The notes: generated by a model from the letters alone, not told the origin. 64,000 bases of DNA from Alphaproteobacteria bacterium (GCA_965205265.1 CBDBGH010000003.1:2848001-2912000), one strand, 5' to 3'. Positions 10,311-21,285 are shown, counted from the first letter of the stretch. Made by a program: numbers and translations.

Positions 10311-10667
10311 TCACCAGCGCCGCCACGCCTCCACGATCAGCGCCAAGGCGGCGGTCCAGACGAGGGCGGCGGCGGCGCGGAACGCCCATTGCGCCGGGCG
10401 CGGCCAGCGGCGGATGGCCCGCCGGCTCCAGTAAAGCAGGGGAATGCACCAGGGCGCCGCCCAGCTTACCGCAATGGCGGCCGGCCACCGGGCCTCCTGC
10501 GGCGCGGGCCCGCCGAAGAAGAACCGGGTCACGGCGTCCGAGACGACGGCGCCGGGGATGGAAAGCATGACGAGGCCGAACAGGAAGCCCAGGCCCAGAG
10601 CCGCCAGCAGCACATAGCAGCGCGGCGAGAAGACGAAGAGCAGAATGCGGAACCAGAGGTCGTTCAT
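10311..10667 (-). CDS. Hypothetical membrane protein (118 aa)
   Basis: ATG at 10667 (MNDLWFRILL); about three hydrophobic helices; fills the gap upstream of the fused ABC gene. Confidence 0.55.
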   Translation of the reverse strand: MNDLWFRILLFVFSPRCYVLLAALGLGFLFGLVMLSIPGAVVSDAVTRFFFGGPAPQEARWPAAIAVSWAAPWCIPLLYWSRRAIRRWPRPAQWAFRAAAALVWTAALALIVEAWRRW

Positions 10668-10741
10668 GCCGCCCTCTGCGCTTGCGGCGCGGCGCCGGCT
10701 GCTGCAAGAGTCGGGGCGATGGAACATCGGAGGCCCGCCCC

Positions 10742-11632
10742 ATGACGCCCGAACGCATTCTGGCCGAACCGCCGCGCGTGCTGCCGCAGCAGGCGCGCAT
10801 CGACTATTTCGAGAAGGGTTTCGCGCTGGTCGAGGATGCGGTGCCGGAGGCCTGGATCGACCGGCTGCTGGCAGTCACCGGGCGCATGGTGGAGGCGAGC
10901 CGCTCGGAGCGGGAATCGGGACATGTCTTCGACCTCGCCCCCGAACACAGCGCCGACCGCCCGCGCGTGCGCCGCATCAAGCGCCCGGACGAGCAGGACG
11001 GGGCCTATTGGGCCTTCGTGCAGGAGGTGCTGGCCGACATGGCGGCCGACCTGCTGGGCCCGGATGTCGTGTTCCACCATTCCAAGCTGAACTTCAAATG
11101 GTTCGAGGGCGGCGACGAGGTGCAGTGGCACCAGGACATCCAGTTCTATCCGCATACCAACTACGACCATCTGACCGTCGGCACCTACCTTTCGGACACG
11201 GGGCCCGAAAACGGCCCCATGTCCATGCTGCCCGGAAGCCACAGAGGACCGCTCTACGACCTCTACGCGCCGGACGGCAACTGGGCGGGCCACCTGCAGG
11301 CCGAAGACGCCGCCGCCCTGGCGACGGACGACGCCGAAACCCTCACCTGCCGGCGGGGCGCCGTCACGATCCACAATTGCCGCACGCTTCACTATTCCCG
11401 CCCGAGCCGGACCGACGCCGGGCGGCCGCTGCTGCTGAACGCCTTTGCCGCCGCCGACGCCCGGCCCTATACGCCGCATCCCGACCCGTCCCGCCACACC
11501 GGCGAGGTGGTCCGCGGCGCGCCCGCGCGGATCGCCCGCCACGATCCCCGGTCCTGCCCGATTCCGCCGGACTGGTCGGGCGGCTACAGCTCGATCTTCG
11601 CTGCGCAGTCCGGCGAAGACGCGGCGATGTAG
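10742..11632 (+). CDS. Phytanoyl-CoA dioxygenase (PhyH) family Fe(II)/2-oxoglutarate enzyme
   Basis: KLNFK, WHQD, GPENGP, LPGSH, LHYS and the distal Arg; GGAGG SD. Confidence 0.9.
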   Translation: MTPERILAEPPRVLPQQARIDYFEKGFALVEDAVPEAWIDRLLAVTGRMVEASRSERESGHVFDLAPEHSADRPRVRRIKRPDEQDGAYWAFVQEVLADMAADLLGPDVVFHHSKLNFKWFEGGDEVQWHQDIQFYPHTNYDHLTVGTYLSDTGPENGPMSMLPGSHRGPLYDLYAPDGNWAGHLQAEDAAALATDDAETLTCRRGAVTIHNCRTLHYSRPSRTDAGRPLLLNAFAAADARPYTPHPDPSRHTGEVVRGAPARIARHDPRSCPIPPDWSGGYSSIFAAQSGEDAAM

Positions 11633-11641
11633 CCCGGCCCG

Positions 11642-12430
11642 TCAGCGGTTGTTGTAGTTCCCAGCCCGCTTTTCGCGCCAGGCGGCGATGGCTTCCTTGT
11701 GGTCCTCGCTGGAGCGCGCCAGCACCATGTGCGACGACACCATGTCGAGAGCGCTGCGCAGGTCCATGTCCAGCCCGGCATACATGGCGCGCTTGATGAG
11801 CCGGATCGAGATCGGCGAGGAGTTCACCAGCTTCTCCACATAGGCGCGGGTGCCCGCCTGGAGTTCGTCATCGGGGAAGACCTTGTTGACCAAGCCGATC
11901 TCCAGCGCTTCCTGAGCCGAGAGGAAGTCCGCGCTCCAGAGCAGCTCCAGCGCCTTCGGCACGCCGACGATGCGCGGCAGGAACCACGCCCCGCCATTGC
12001 CCGGCACGAGGCCGACGCGCACATAGGTCTCCGCGAAGCGCGCACTCTCGGCAGCGAAGCGCAGGTCGGCATGCAGGCTCATATCCATGCCGGCGCCGAC
12101 GGCGACGCCGTTCACGGCCGCGATCACCGGCTTGTCGATCTCGCGGATCTTGAGCGAGAGCTTCTGGATCAGGTCCCAGAGGCCCGACTTGATCTCCAGC
12201 GGCGTCGGCGGCGTGTCGCTGCCCATCTGCCGGGTGTCCCCGCCGGCGCAGAAGCCGCGTCCGGCTGCGGTGACGATCACCGCCCAGATATCCTCGCGCG
12301 TCCGGCACTCCTCCAGCCGGTCCAGGTATCCCGTCAGCATCTCATGCGTGAAGGCGTTCAGCCGGTCCGGGTTGTTGAAGGTGATGGTCGCGATTCTGTC
12401 GCTGACATCGAAAAGCAGTTTGTCGGTCAC
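11642..12430 (-). CDS. Enoyl-CoA hydratase/isomerase family protein
   Basis: [21 protein letters not shown] and GLVPGNGG crotonase motifs. Confidence 0.92.
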   Translation of the reverse strand: MTDKLLFDVSDRIATITFNNPDRLNAFTHEMLTGYLDRLEECRTREDIWAVIVTAAGRGFCAGGDTRQMGSDTPPTPLEIKSGLWDLIQKLSLKIREIDKPVIAAVNGVAVGAGMDMSLHADLRFAAESARFAETYVRVGLVPGNGGAWFLPRIVGVPKALELLWSADFLSAQEALEIGLVNKVFPDDELQAGTRAYVEKLVNSSPISIRLIKRAMYAGLDMDLRSALDMVSSHMVLARSSEDHKEAIAAWREKRAGNYNNR

Positions 12431-12582
12431 GCCGTTCCTCCGGTGGTCTCATCGACGGAGGCAGCCTAGCCCGATTTTCCATCCGCGGTCACGGCTGGCG
12501 AAGAAAAGGACGGGACTTCATACTGGAGCCGTTCTCCGGCGAACCGCCGACAAGGCCGGCGTCCATGCAGAGGAGGAGCCCG

Positions 12583-14310
12583 ATGTCGACTCTCACCCAA
12601 AGCCCGGCTGCCGGCCTCGCGGAGCCCGGCGCGCCGCGGGACGGCCTGTCCCATGTCACCGGCGAACGGGCGCCGCCGCTCGGATACCAGACCATTCCGC
12701 AGGCGCTCGGCGAGGCGGTTTCCCGCCACGGCGCGCGCCGCGCGGTCGTGCTGCCGCAAGAGGGCCGGACGCTGACCTATGAGGAGCTCGACTGGCAGGT
12801 GGACGCGCTCGCCGCCGGGCTCCTCGCCCTGGGGCTCGGCAAGGGCGACCGCGTCGGCATCTGGTCGCCCAACCGGCTCGAATGGGTCCTGACCCAGTTC
12901 GCCACCGCCCGCTTCGGCGCGATCCTGGTCAACATCAACCCCGCCTACCGGCCGTTCGAGCTCGAATATGCGCTGAATGCGGTCGGCTGCAAGGCGATCG
13001 TCGCGGCGGAAGCCTTCAAGTCGTCGCGCTATATCGACATGCTGCGCGAGCTCGCCCCCGAGCTCGAAAGCTGCGAGCCGGGCCGGCTCAATTCGTCGAA
13101 ACTGCCCCGCCTCGAAACCGTCATCGCGATGAGCGACGAGCCGGGCCCCGGGATCTTCCGCTTCGAGGACGCGATCCGGCTCGGCGGGCCGGAGCAGATG
13201 GCGCAGCTGGACGCGCTCACCGCGAGCCTCAGCCCCGACGACCCGATCAACATCCAGTTCACCTCCGGCACCACGGGGTCTCCCAAGGGCGCGACGCTCA
13301 CCCACTACAACATCGTCAACAATGCGCGCTTCGTCACCGGCCGCATCCGGCTGGCCGAGGGGGAGGCGCTGTGCATCCCGGTGCCGCTCTACCACTGTTT
13401 CGGCATGGTGATGGGGGTGCTGGGCTGCGTCACGCAGGGCGCTGCGATGGTGTTTCCGGGCGAGGGCTTCGATGCGGCGGAAACGCTGTATGCGGTGTCG
13501 GAAGCCCGCTGCGCCGCGCTTTACGGCGTGCCGACCATGTTCGTCGCCATGCTGGAGGAGGCGGCGCGCGGCGGCTACGACCTGTCCTCGCTGCGAACGG
13601 GCGTCATGGCGGGCGCGAGTTGCCCCATCGAGGTGATGCAGCGGGTGATCGACGAGATGAACATGAAGGAAGTCACCATCTGTTACGGCATGACCGAGAC
13701 CTCGCCCGTCTCGTTCCAGAGCTTCGTGGACGACCCGATCGACAAGCGCGTGACGACGGTGGGGCGCGTCCACCCGCATCTGGAGGTCAAGATCGTCGAT
13801 GCCGAGGGCAAGATCGTCCCGGTCGGCGAGTCGGGGGAGCTATGCACGCGCGGCTATTCGGTGATGCGCGGCTACTGGGGCGACGAAGAGCGGACGAGCG
13901 AGAGCATCGTGGACGGCTGGATGCACTCGGGCGACCTGGCGACGCTCGACGAGGAGGGCTTCTGCTGCATCGTCGGGCGGGTGAAGGACATGATCATCCG
14001 CGGCGGCGAGAACGTCTATCCGCGCGAGATCGAGGACTATCTGTTCCGCCATCCCGATATCCGCGAGGCGCAGGTGTTCGGCATCCCGGACAGGCGGTTC
14101 GGCGAGCAGGTCTGCGCCTGGGTCGTGCCGCATGAGGGCGCGGCGCTCCAGCCCGAGGACGTGGTGGCGTTCTGCCGGGGCCGGATCGCGCACTTCAAGG
14201 TGCCGAAGCATGTGCGCATCGTCGAAGAACTGCCGATGACGGTCACGGGCAAGCCGCAGAAATTCGTCATGCGCGACTGGATGGTGGAGAACGGCTACGC
14301 CGACACCTGA
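12583..14310 (+). CDS. AMP-dependent acyl-CoA synthetase
   Basis: [40 protein letters not shown] and TGKPQK motifs; AGGAGG SD. Confidence 0.93.
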   Translation: MSTLTQSPAAGLAEPGAPRDGLSHVTGERAPPLGYQTIPQALGEAVSRHGARRAVVLPQEGRTLTYEELDWQVDALAAGLLALGLGKGDRVGIWSPNRLEWVLTQFATARFGAILVNINPAYRPFELEYALNAVGCKAIVAAEAFKSSRYIDMLRELAPELESCEPGRLNSSKLPRLETVIAMSDEPGPGIFRFEDAIRLGGPEQMAQLDALTASLSPDDPINIQFTSGTTGSPKGATLTHYNIVNNARFVTGRIRLAEGEALCIPVPLYHCFGMVMGVLGCVTQGAAMVFPGEGFDAAETLYAVSEARCAALYGVPTMFVAMLEEAARGGYDLSSLRTGVMAGASCPIEVMQRVIDEMNMKEVTICYGMTETSPVSFQSFVDDPIDKRVTTVGRVHPHLEVKIVDAEGKIVPVGESGELCTRGYSVMRGYWGDEERTSESIVDGWMHSGDLATLDEEGFCCIVGRVKDMIIRGGENVYPREIEDYLFRHPDIREAQVFGIPDRRFGEQVCAWVVPHEGAALQPEDVVAFCRGRIAHFKVPKHVRIVEELPMTVTGKPQKFVMRDWMVENGYADT

Positions 14311-14387
14311 CCCGCTCTCCCGTCGCCCCGGACGGCGCGCCAGCGGCGATCCGGGGCCTCCATGCAGCGGTGTCCCGGCCCCGCAAA

Positions 14388-15038
14388 TCAGCCGAGCTTG
14401 GCGAGCAGCTCCGCCGGGATGTGCGGCACCGGGTCCGAGTTCTGCCAGCAGGGCAGCGCTTCCACCCGGGCGATCCAGCCCCTTATGTTCGGGTAGTCGT
14501 CGAGCGGCAGCTTTTGCACGGCATGCAGGTGCATCGGCGCGGCGACCGCGATATCGGCGATGGTCGGGTTGTCGGCGCAGAGCCACTCGCGCCCTTCGAG
14601 CGCCGTTTCCAGGATCGAGGCGAGATTGCGGAACGCCGGCTCGTGCGCGTCCAGTACCGCCTGGTCCGGCGTCGAGTCGAGGATCGGGTTGACCACGTTC
14701 TGGACCAGATAGACATAGCAGGCGTCGAACCACTTGCTGCATTCCCAGAGCAGCCAGCGGGCGATGTCGGCGCGAATCTTCGCGTCGGCCGGATAGGCCG
14801 TCCTGTTGCCGGTCTTCTCCGCCCCATAGACGAGGATGGCGTTCGACTCCCACAGCACGAGGTCGCCGTCCACCAGCGCGGGCAGTTCCGCATTCGGGTT
14901 GACCGCCCGGAATTCGGGCTTCTTGTGATCCCCGCCGAAATAGCTGAGCAACTCGTCCTCGTAGCCGGCGCCGATGAGGTCGAGGCCGGCGACGACCTTG
15001 CGGCAATTCACGGTGATCGGGTCGTAGTAGAGCTTCAT
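14388..15038 (-). CDS. Glutathione S-transferase family protein
   Basis: VNPNAELPALVDGD, LWESNAIL and PTIADIA GST motifs. Confidence 0.9.
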   Translation of the reverse strand: MKLYYDPITVNCRKVVAGLDLIGAGYEDELLSYFGGDHKKPEFRAVNPNAELPALVDGDLVLWESNAILVYGAEKTGNRTAYPADAKIRADIARWLLWECSKWFDACYVYLVQNVVNPILDSTPDQAVLDAHEPAFRNLASILETALEGREWLCADNPTIADIAVAAPMHLHAVQKLPLDDYPNIRGWIARVEALPCWQNSDPVPHIPAELLAKLG

Positions 15039-15096
15039 CTGGGCGGTCTCCCGGCTGGCTTCGATTGCCCTGTTTACCCCGTCGCTACCCTTCCGC

Positions 15097-16104
15097 CTAA
15101 AGGAATTTCGGCAGCACCTTATCGGTGAAACCGAGGAAGGAGGAATGGCTGAGCGGCGCGCACATCAGGTAGTGCAGGTCGATCTCTTCCCTCAAGCGGC
15201 AAAGCTGGTCGGCGACGCGGGCGGGCGAGCCCCAGATCGCCACATCGTCGAGATAGCGCTCCACCGGATCGACGGCTTCGACGGTGCCGTCCGCCAGCAC
15301 CCGCTCGGTCGGGTTGGCGGTGCCCTTGGATTCGTTCTTGTAGGTCGCGACCATCCAGGCGGCGCCGCGCCGGACGATCTCCGCCGCCTCTTCGTCGCTG
15401 TCGGCAACCGCCAGAAGCCGCGCGGTCGGGATGTCCTGGCCGGACGCGGGATGGCCGGCGGCGTCGCGCGCGCGGCGCCATGTGTCGCGGATGCCGTTCA
15501 GGCCGTCGAAGGTCGCATGCGGGCCGAGCAGCGGCGCCAGCCCCGCCCTGCCGGCCCAGGCGGCGGCGTCGGGGGAGCCGCAGGCCGCCCAGACCGGCGG
15601 ATGCGGCTGCTGGGCCGGTTTCGGCAGCACCTCGACATTCTCGAAGCGCCAGTATTCGCCCTGCCAGTCCAGCCGCTCGTTCCGCCATGCGGCCAGCACG
15701 ATCTCGACCGCTTCCTGGAACCGCGCCCGGCTCTCCGCCATGGGCACGCCGAAGGTGCGGAACTCGTCCGGATCGAAGCCCCGGCCCGCGCCCCAGCTCA
15801 CCCGCCCGCCGGAAAGCTGGTCCAGCAGCGCCACTTCCTCGGCGAGCCGCAGCGGGTGGTAGAAGGGGGCGAGCGACACCGCCGTGCCGATGCGCAGCCG
15901 GCTGGTGCGCTCCGCCACCTGCACGCCGATCATGTGGACCGACGGGCAAACGCTGTAATCCGTGAAATGGTGCTCCGCCAGCCAGACCGCGTCGTAGCCG
16001 GTCTCGTCCATGATGCGGATGCGGTCCATCGCCCGCCGGTACACCTCGGTCAGCGCGGCGCGCCGGCCGGGCCAGGAGAAGAACTGCAGGACGCCGAATT
16101 TCAC
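15097..16104 (-). CDS. LLM-class (luciferase-like) flavin-dependent oxidoreductase
   Basis: GTG start (VKFGVLQF) overlaps the upstream stop; WLAEHHF, RIGTAV, HPLRLAEEVALLDQLSGGR and PKPAQQPHPP motifs. Confidence 0.9.
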   Translation of the reverse strand: MKFGVLQFFSWPGRRAALTEVYRRAMDRIRIMDETGYDAVWLAEHHFTDYSVCPSVHMIGVQVAERTSRLRIGTAVSLAPFYHPLRLAEEVALLDQLSGGRVSWGAGRGFDPDEFRTFGVPMAESRARFQEAVEIVLAAWRNERLDWQGEYWRFENVEVLPKPAQQPHPPVWAACGSPDAAAWAGRAGLAPLLGPHATFDGLNGIRDTWRRARDAAGHPASGQDIPTARLLAVADSDEEAAEIVRRGAAWMVATYKNESKGTANPTERVLADGTVEAVDPVERYLDDVAIWGSPARVADQLCRLREEIDLHYLMCAPLSHSSFLGFTDKVLPKFL

Positions 16105-16907
16105 GAACGCCGTTCCCAGGCCCGCGCGCCGGGAGCGGGCGGGTCGTTGGGCGGGCCGGCGAAGCATTGCGCGATCGCCATCCAGGCCCGCGCCGGTCCG
16201 CCCGTCACCTCCAGATCGACATCGGCGATATTGCGGCCCTGCGTCACGACGCGGCAGAAATCGAGCGCGGTGCCTTCCACTCGGTCCGTCGCGCTTTCCG
16301 CACCGCGCTGCCAGAGCGCGCCGGAGGGGAGCGTAAGCCGCACATGAGGGACGGGCGCCGGCGGCTCCAGGCCGCGATTGCGGAAGGTCCAGCCGAAGGT
16401 CTGGCAGCCGAGCACGCAGATATTCGCCAGCCGGTCGAAATGCGCGCGCGGCGCCTGCAGCAGGTCGTAGATGTCCTGCCCGTGCGCCCAGGTCTCCATC
16501 TGGCGGGCCGTGGCGAAGGAGCGCAGGCCCATATCGGGGCCGACCCAGGCGACGCGGCGGTCGGGGTCCTCCCCTTCCATCAGGTCGCAAAGACGCGAGA
16601 GGCAGGTCCACCACTGCTCCAGCAGCGCGGGGCCCTCGCGCATGTCAGGCGCGCCCTCCAAAGCATCCGGCGCGGGGTCGCCGCGCTCCCGCGCCGCCCG
16701 GCGCGCTTCGACGACCCGCGCGAAGCGGTCCGGGTCCTCAAGCGAGACCGACGCCATCCAGTCGCCGAAATGGAGATGCTGCATGACGGCGTTCACCGTC
16801 CAGTCCTTGAAGGGCGTCGGCCGTGCCCAGTCCGCATCCTCCAGCCCGGTCAGGAAGGCATGGAGTGCGACGCCCTCCTCGCGCAAGTCGATTGCCTGCT
16901 GAAACAT
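16101..16907 (-). CDS. TIGR03084-like metal-binding protein (MDMPI N-terminal domain)
   Basis: DWARPTPFKDWTV..HL, ARQMETWAHGQD and DFCRVVTQGRN motifs; ATG at 16907. Confidence 0.8.
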   Translation of the reverse strand: MFQQAIDLREEGVALHAFLTGLEDADWARPTPFKDWTVNAVMQHLHFGDWMASVSLEDPDRFARVVEARRAARERGDPAPDALEGAPDMREGPALLEQWWTCLSRLCDLMEGEDPDRRVAWVGPDMGLRSFATARQMETWAHGQDIYDLLQAPRAHFDRLANICVLGCQTFGWTFRNRGLEPPAPVPHVRLTLPSGALWQRGAESATDRVEGTALDFCRVVTQGRNIADVDLEVTGGPARAWMAIAQCFAGPPNDPPAPGARAWERRS

Positions 16908-16986
16908 TCCCGGTTCTCCCCCCGGCCAATTATGGCACGGTTCCCGCGCCCGGCGCGAGGCATAGGCCCGGGGCGCGCTTGCGGCT

Positions 16987-18186
16987 ATGGTGCGCCATCG
17001 CGAAAACGGGGAATCGGTCTTGTTCCGGCAGGAATTCGAAACGCTTGAGCAGAACGGCATCACCGGGGTGGCGCTGCCCCGGATCAACGACCCGAATGTC
17101 ATTCCGCTCTGGTTCGGCGAGGGCGACCTCGTCACGCCCGCCTTCATCCGCGAGGCGGCCAAGCAGGCCATCGACGACGGCCTGACCTTCTACAACCACC
17201 CGAGCGGCCGCGCGGAACTGCTGGCGGCAATCAAGGCGTATCTCGACCGGATTTACGACCTCGACCTCGACCCGGACCGGCTCGTCGTGCCCGGTTCGAC
17301 CATGCTCGGCATCTTCATGGCGGCGCGCATGACCGCGGGCGCGGGCGACCATGCGCTGATCGTCAGCCCCAACTGGCCGAATATCGACCGCGCCTTCCAG
17401 ATGACCGGGGCGGCGTTCGACTTCGTGCGCCAGCGGCTCGGCCCGGAGGGCTGGAAGCTGCATCTGGAGGATGTCTTCGAGGCGGCCCGGCCGAACACGC
17501 GCGCGCTGTTCATCAACACGCCCTGCAACCCGACCGGCTGGGTCATGCCGGCTTCGGAACAGCGCCGCCTGCTCGACTTCTGCCGCGAGCGCGGCATCGT
17601 CATCCTCGCGGACGAGGTCTATCACCGGAACATATTCGACGGCGACGCCGCGCCTTCCTTCCTGCAGGTCGCAGCCTCCGATGACCCTCTCATCGTCGTC
17701 AACGGCTTCTCGAAGGCGTTCGCGATGACCGGCTGGCGGCTCGGCTGGATGGTGGTGCCCTCGGGCTACCGCGAGCAGATGGCCGCCTATTCGGAATGCG
17801 CGAACACCGGCGCGCCGCCCATCGTGCAGAGCGCCGGCATCGCCGCGCTGGAGCAAGGCGAGCCGTTGGTGCGGGAGCTTCGCGAACGCTACCGGGCGGG
17901 GCGCGACTCGGTGATGAAGATCCTGGCCCCCCATCCGCGCATCGAGCTGCAAATGCCGGAGGGCGCGTTCTACGCCTTTCCGCGCGTCCGGGGGCTCAGG
18001 TCCAGCATGGATTTCTCGCAGGGCCTGCTGGCGGAAGAGGATGTCGGCACGGCGCCGGGCTTTACCTTCGGCCCCGGCAACGAGGAGAACTTCCGCCTCT
18101 GCTTCGCGCGGTCCGGGGAGCAGCTCGAAACGGCGCTCCACCGCATCGCCGGCTATCTGGACCGCCACGACAACGAATTCGGCTGA
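16987..18186 (+). CDS. PLP-dependent aminotransferase, class I/II
   Basis: NTPCNPTG, ADEVY, FSKAFAMTGWRLG (PLP lysine) and PEGAFY motifs; start codon uncertain. Confidence 0.92.
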   Translation: MVRHRENGESVLFRQEFETLEQNGITGVALPRINDPNVIPLWFGEGDLVTPAFIREAAKQAIDDGLTFYNHPSGRAELLAAIKAYLDRIYDLDLDPDRLVVPGSTMLGIFMAARMTAGAGDHALIVSPNWPNIDRAFQMTGAAFDFVRQRLGPEGWKLHLEDVFEAARPNTRALFINTPCNPTGWVMPASEQRRLLDFCRERGIVILADEVYHRNIFDGDAAPSFLQVAASDDPLIVVNGFSKAFAMTGWRLGWMVVPSGYREQMAAYSECANTGAPPIVQSAGIAALEQGEPLVRELRERYRAGRDSVMKILAPHPRIELQMPEGAFYAFPRVRGLRSSMDFSQGLLAEEDVGTAPGFTFGPGNEENFRLCFARSGEQLETALHRIAGYLDRHDNEFG

Positions 18187-18205
18187 GCCTCCGCTTGGCG
18201 GAGGC
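18187..18205. terminator. Short hairpin after the aminotransferase
   Basis: GCCTCCGC-TTG-GCGGAGGC, an 8-bp stem with no U-tract. Confidence 0.35.
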
Positions 18206-18230
18206 ATCCCGGAACGCGAACGGACAAGAC

Positions 18231-19445
18231 ATGCCAATGGCGCAAACGGGCGCGCCCCCGCTCCGGGGCATCAGGGTGGTGGACTTCTCGCGCGTCATCG
18301 CGGGCCCGCTCTGCACGCAGATCCTGGCCGACATGGGCGCGGAGGTCGTCAAGATCGAGAACCCGGAGACGGGCGACGACACCCGCCGGATGGCCGAGCC
18401 CGGCGCAGCGGGAGAGAGCCATTTCTTCCTCGCCTACAACCGCAACAAGAAGAGCCTCGCCCTCGATGTCCGCACGCCGGAGGGCAAGCAGGTCGTGCTC
18501 GACCTGCTGGCGGACGCCGATGTCGTCGTCGAGAATTTCCGCGTGGGCGTGATGAAGCGCTTCGGCCTCGACTACGCCTCGCTTGCCGAACGCTTCCCGC
18601 AACTCGTCTATCTCTCCGTCTCCGCCTACGGGCAGGACGGGCCGATGGCGGACCGGCCCGGCTTCGATCCCGTTCTGCAGGCCGAATTCGGCATGATGTC
18701 GCTGACGGGCGAACCCGACGGAAGGCCCATGCGCCACCCGCTCTCGCTCATCGACACGATGACGGCGCTCTATGCCGCCGCCTCCGTCAATGCGGCCCTG
18801 CTTGCCCGGCGCGATACGGGCCGGGGCCAGTATATCGAGCTTGCGCTCGCCGATGTGGCGGTGGCCGCGCTCGGCAATGCGGGCCTCTACTATCTTTGCA
18901 GCGGCGAGCCGCCGCCGCGCACGGGCAACAGCCATATCACCTCGACGCCGACCAACCTGTTCCAGGCGGCCGACGGCCCGCTCTACATGGCGCTCGGCAC
19001 CGACCGGCTGTTCGGCCAGTTATGCCGCGACGTGCTGGACCGACCCGACCTGCCCGAGGACCCCCGCTTCGCCTCGCCGGCCGCGCGGCTCGCAAACCGG
19101 CCGGAACTGTTCGCCATCCTGAACGACATATTCGGCAGAGAGCCCCGCGCGCACTGGCTGGCGAAAATGCGCCACCTTCCGGCCGGGCCCGTGCGGAGCC
19201 TTGCGGAGGCGCTGGAATCGGAGGAGGTCGCCCATCGCGGCATGGTGCGCACCATCGACCACCCGGCTGCGGGACCGATCCGCATTCTCGGCTCGCCCAT
19301 CCATTTCAGCGACACGCCGGTCCGGGTGGATGGCGCGCCGCCGCCGCTCCACGGCGGCGATACCGAAGCCGTGCTGCGGGGCCTCGGTTACGACGACGCC
19401 CGGATCGCCTCACTGCGCGCGAGCGGGACGCTCGGCCGGCACTGA
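18231..19445 (+). CDS. CaiB/BaiF class III CoA-transferase
   Basis: LRGIRVVDFSRVIAGP, NRNKKSLALD, ENFR and DRPGFD motifs. Confidence 0.92.
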   Translation: MPMAQTGAPPLRGIRVVDFSRVIAGPLCTQILADMGAEVVKIENPETGDDTRRMAEPGAAGESHFFLAYNRNKKSLALDVRTPEGKQVVLDLLADADVVVENFRVGVMKRFGLDYASLAERFPQLVYLSVSAYGQDGPMADRPGFDPVLQAEFGMMSLTGEPDGRPMRHPLSLIDTMTALYAAASVNAALLARRDTGRGQYIELALADVAVAALGNAGLYYLCSGEPPPRTGNSHITSTPTNLFQAADGPLYMALGTDRLFGQLCRDVLDRPDLPEDPRFASPAARLANRPELFAILNDIFGREPRAHWLAKMRHLPAGPVRSLAEALESEEVAHRGMVRTIDHPAAGPIRILGSPIHFSDTPVRVDGAPPPLHGGDTEAVLRGLGYDDARIASLRASGTLGRH

Positions 19446-19464
19446 GCTCCGGCCCGCAGCGCCC

Positions 19465-20325
19465 ATGCAGCCGCAACGCAATCTCGGCGCCATCGCCTGG
19501 ATGATCGGCGCCGCGGCGGCGTTCAGCCTGCTGGTCGTCTGCGTGCGGGAGCTGTCAGCAAGCCTGCCGACGCCGGAAATCCTGTTCTTCCGCTGCATCT
19601 TCACCATGGCGCTGCTGGTCCCCTGGGCGGTGCGGGCCGGCCGGGACGGGCTGCGCATCCGGCGTCCCTGGCCCAACCTGCTGCGCGGGGTCAGCACCTT
19701 CGCCGCCATGACGATGTGGTTCCACGCCATCGGCATCGTGCCGCTTGCCGATGCGGTGGCGATCCAGTCGGCCTATCCCCTGTTCACGATCCTGCTGGCG
19801 ATGCTGCTGTTCGCCGAGCGCCCCGGAGTCCGCCGCTGGCTGGCGACGCTCGCGGGCTTCGCCGGCGTGCTGGTCATCGTGCGGCCCGGCTTCGTGGCGG
19901 TCGGCCTGCCCACGGCCATGCTGCTCGGCGCGGCGCTCTGCTACGCGGTCAGCAACATCTGCGTGAAGGCCATGGCGGACACGGAATCCCCGACCCGCAT
20001 GGTGTTCACTGTGAACGCGCTGCTGCTCGCCTTCTCGGCCGTTCCGACGGCGCTCATGTGGGTGACGCCGTCGCTCGATGCGCTGCCCTGGATCGCGCTG
20101 CTCGCGGGCTCGGGCTTCGCCGCGCATATGTGCCTGACGCGCGCGCTCGCGACCGGGGAAGCCGGCACGGTCATGCCGTTCGACTTCCTCCGCCTGCCCT
20201 TCGCCGCGCTGGGCGGCCTCATGCTCTACGGCGAAGTCCCCGATGTGTGGACCGTCGCCGGCGGCATCCTCGTCTTTGCGAGCGCGACCTATATCGCCAT
20301 GCGCGAAGCCCGCCCGGGGCGCTGA
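19465..20325 (+). CDS. DMT/EamA family transporter
   Basis: About 10 TM segments; GFAGVLVIVRPG and VMPFDFLRLP motifs. Confidence 0.88.
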   Translation: MQPQRNLGAIAWMIGAAAAFSLLVVCVRELSASLPTPEILFFRCIFTMALLVPWAVRAGRDGLRIRRPWPNLLRGVSTFAAMTMWFHAIGIVPLADAVAIQSAYPLFTILLAMLLFAERPGVRRWLATLAGFAGVLVIVRPGFVAVGLPTAMLLGAALCYAVSNICVKAMADTESPTRMVFTVNALLLAFSAVPTALMWVTPSLDALPWIALLAGSGFAAHMCLTRALATGEAGTVMPFDFLRLPFAALGGLMLYGEVPDVWTVAGGILVFASATYIAMREARPGR

Positions 20326-20442
20326 GCCCGCCCGGGCCGCTGCTGCAAGAAATGGTGGAAGGCCAATGAGTCTCAACTCTCAACCGTTGGCATAGAGTCA
20401 CAGTCAGAATGGCTCTTGAGTGCAGAATTGTGGATCATTTGA

Positions 20443-21285
20443 CTATGAAACAATTCCAGTTTTGTTAACAGATTCTATAAACCTAATCGCAAGCAAACAT
20501 ACTTCGTATACTACTGCCAAGAGAATAAACCCCAGAGCCGCTCCCGAAGCTGTTAGCAGAAGTCGTGGCGAACGTATTATCGATATCGCCACAATACAAA
20601 CGATCAGAACAACCGATAAAACTGGCAAGAAACTATCAGAAATCACTGAAGCGGTTATACTCGCCAAAAGAAATACAATGGCGAACAGTGCCGCAGAGTA
20701 TCGGTTTACTGTTCTAATTAACTTGTGCCACCTCTCGCCACGATAAACTCTCCTCAATGTAGCAAATACCACAGCAACAGAGATAACATAAATCATCAAA
20801 GCACCGATGCCTAATATTGAATTATTGAAGAAAAAAATAAACATATCCATGGTTTCTTTATGATACCACTCTAAGCCAGAAATGATAGTAGGAGTTGTAC
20901 TATTGAACGCAAACATCACTACATCCCAGCATAGAATAATAAAAAATATTGCACCTAAGGCACCGGAAATGAACTGTATGGTTACACTATTTTGGTCATC
21001 GGGTGTTTTTGATGAAGATATCAATGAAGATATGCCAAGTGGTAGAAAAAATACCAACGCAGTTAGAGAATCTTTTTCAATTTGATTGAGTTTTGGTAAG
21101 TCCAAATACAAAAGTATATTGTCCCATAGCCATCTTGTAAATGGATACCATTGTTCAATTACCCATTTCGCAAAAGAACCAACTCCAATAGCAGTTCCCA
21201 ATATAAATGCTAGCTTGACTCCTGCTGCCAAGTAAGCAAATGCCCGAGCCATCTCGCTCAGAGTCACTCTTATCGGTTCCATCAT
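20443..21285 (-). CDS. Hypothetical multi-pass membrane protein on an AT-rich island
   Basis: 280-aa ORF with about 7 hydrophobic segments; sampled 60-nt lines are 25-37% GC, far below the flanks. Confidence 0.7.
   Translation of the reverse strand: MMEPIRVTLSEMARAFAYLAAGVKLAFILGTAIGVGSFAKWVIEQWYPFTRWLWDNILLYLDLPKLNQIEKDSLTALVFFLPLGISSLISSSKTPDDQNSVTIQFISGALGAIFFIILCWDVVMFAFNSTTPTIISGLEWYHKETMDMFIFFFNNSILGIGALMIYVISVAVVFATLRRVYRGERWHKLIRTVNRYSAALFAIVFLLASITASVISDSFLPVLSVVLIVCIVAISIIRSPRLLLTASGAALGFILLAVVYEVCLLAIRFIESVNKTGIVS

Noticed and set aside
5838-10745. 1635-aa plus-strand ORF and other very long ORFs (21305-24100, 24021-27611, 35906-38560)
   Set aside because: Antisense shadows of real genes in high-GC DNA; Arg/Ala/Gly-rich translations with no family motifs.
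18187-18205. TGGCGGAGG match to the 3' end of selC, as a possible att site
   Set aside because: Only about 9 nt, explained by a local hairpin, with no integrase and core genes lying in between.
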